Below, in pieces: positions 62,980-64,000 of a stretch of 64,000 bases of DNA. The translations under genes were made by a program, and so were the position numbers. Origin of the DNA: Vicugna vicugna (taxonomy: Eukaryota); contig MU057724.1 in the NCBI GenBank assembly GCA_013265495.1, positions 124,001-188,000 on the forward strand, written 5' to 3'. The notes beneath the pieces are model-generated. The model ran no database searches, was not told the DNA's origin, and was given only the letters and a program-made list of their open reading frames with translations. How positions within the stretch are numbered: the first letter of the stretch is position 1; every line of letters begins with the position of its first letter.

Positions 62980-64000
62980 TGTTTTGGAAGATGATTAATT
63001 ATTAATTCAATGTCTTTAATAGACACAGGCTTATTCAGGTTATCTATTTCTTCTTGTGTGAGTTTGTGTTTTTTATGATTGGTCCATATCATCTAGGTTA
63101 TCAAATTTTAGGGCACAGAGTTGTTTATAGTATTCCTTTAGTATCCTTTTAATGTCCATGGGATCTGTAGTGATGTCCCCTCTTTCATTTCTGATATTAG
63201 TAATTTGGGTCCTCTTTTTTTCTTGTTAGCCTGGCTAGAGGCTTATAGATTTTATTGATCTTTTCAAATGACCAGTTTTTGGTTTCACTGGTTTTTCTCT
63301 TTTGATTTCCTGCTTTCAATTCTATTGATTTCTCCTCTAATCCTTATTATTTCTTTCTTTCTGCTTGCTTTGGATTTACTTTGCTCTTCTTTTTCTAATT
63401 TCCTAAGGTGGAAACTTAGATTACTGATTTTAGATGATTCTTCTTTTCTTATATATGCATTCAATTGTATAAATTTCCCTCTAAGTACTGTTTTTGCTAC
63501 ATCCTAAACATTTTGATTAGTTGTGTTTCCATTTTCATTTATTTAAACATTTTTAAAAATTCTCATGAGATTTCTTCTGAGTCATGTATTACATAAAGTT
63601 AGTCTTTAGTCTTTATGTATTTGAGAATTTTTTGTCATTCTGTTATTGAATTCTAGTTTAGTTCCGCTGAAAGCAAACATTGTGTGGTTTCTGTTCTTTC
63701 AAACACCTTCAGATGTGTCCTAGGGCCCAGACTGGGCTCTGTCTTGGTGAATGTTCCTTGTGAACTTGAAAAGAGTGTGTCCTCTGCTGCTGTTGAATGA
63801 AGTGGTCTGCAGATGCCAGTTACATCCAGTCGATTGATAGCGCATTGAGTTCAACTGTGACCTTGCTGGCTTTCTGCCCTTTCTGAGAGAAGGGGTGGTG
63901 AAGGGTCCAGCCGTGATCGTGGATTCATCTGTCTCTCTTTGCAGCCCTGCTTCTGTTTCATGGAGCTTGATGCGCTGTTGTTGGGCACATACATGTTAAG

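Larger units (their letters stand above)
60320..64000 (-). mobile_element. LINE-1 (L1MC1-like) 3' UTR and ORF2, internally deleted, running off the window end
   Basis: gaaggtacagagatttcccat...gaacctacattgacacatcatagtcacccaaagtccatagtttacatt. ORF 61032..61310(-) reads IPCSGTARLSFVKM...LIYRFNAITIKI...LTLKFIY, which is L1 ORF2. Confidence 0.92.

Noticed and set aside
256..63507. The many 60-173 aa ORFs in the six-frame track as protein-coding genes
   Set aside because: They are short, overlap on both strands, often use non-ATG starts and resemble no protein I know. The recognisable ones are decayed L1 ORF1/ORF2 fragments.
1..64000. Assignment of the host gene (AOPEP and FANCC were considered)
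   Set aside because: No candidate exon translated to a peptide matching those proteins, and no miRNA hairpin of the AOPEP intronic cluster was seen, so no gene symbol is given.

Overview
This is mammalian non-coding DNA, most likely from a camelid. The evidence is a camelid-type tRNA-derived SINE at 28.5 kb, a young camelid-type L1 3' end at 62.3-63.0 kb, and no recognisable Alu, Bov/CHR, PRE-1, ERE or Can-SINE. I recognise no host protein-coding exon, RNA gene or CRISPR array. The ORF track is chance ORFs plus decayed L1 ORF1/ORF2 pieces. Much of the window is interspersed repeat: old L1M fragments (about 13 on the minus strand and 3 on the plus strand, suggesting a large intron of an unidentified plus-strand gene), L2, MIR, L3/CR1, hAT and Tigger MITEs, and one solo ERV1-type LTR. 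Repeat family names come from remembered consensus sequences and need RepeatMasker/Dfam confirmation. I cannot support a new biological system here. The most notable items are (1) a short LTR-like fragment apparently retrotransposed by L1, with TSDs and a (TAAA)n tail, at 30.6-30.8 kb; (2) a solo LTR with a phased array of seven NF-Y boxes, an octamer, TATA and poly(A) signal at 36.8-37.5 kb; (3) a tail-less ~360-bp insert splitting an L1 at 2.9-3.3 kb; (4) local AT-to-GC drift patches in old repeats; and (5) a few unverified exon-like segments.
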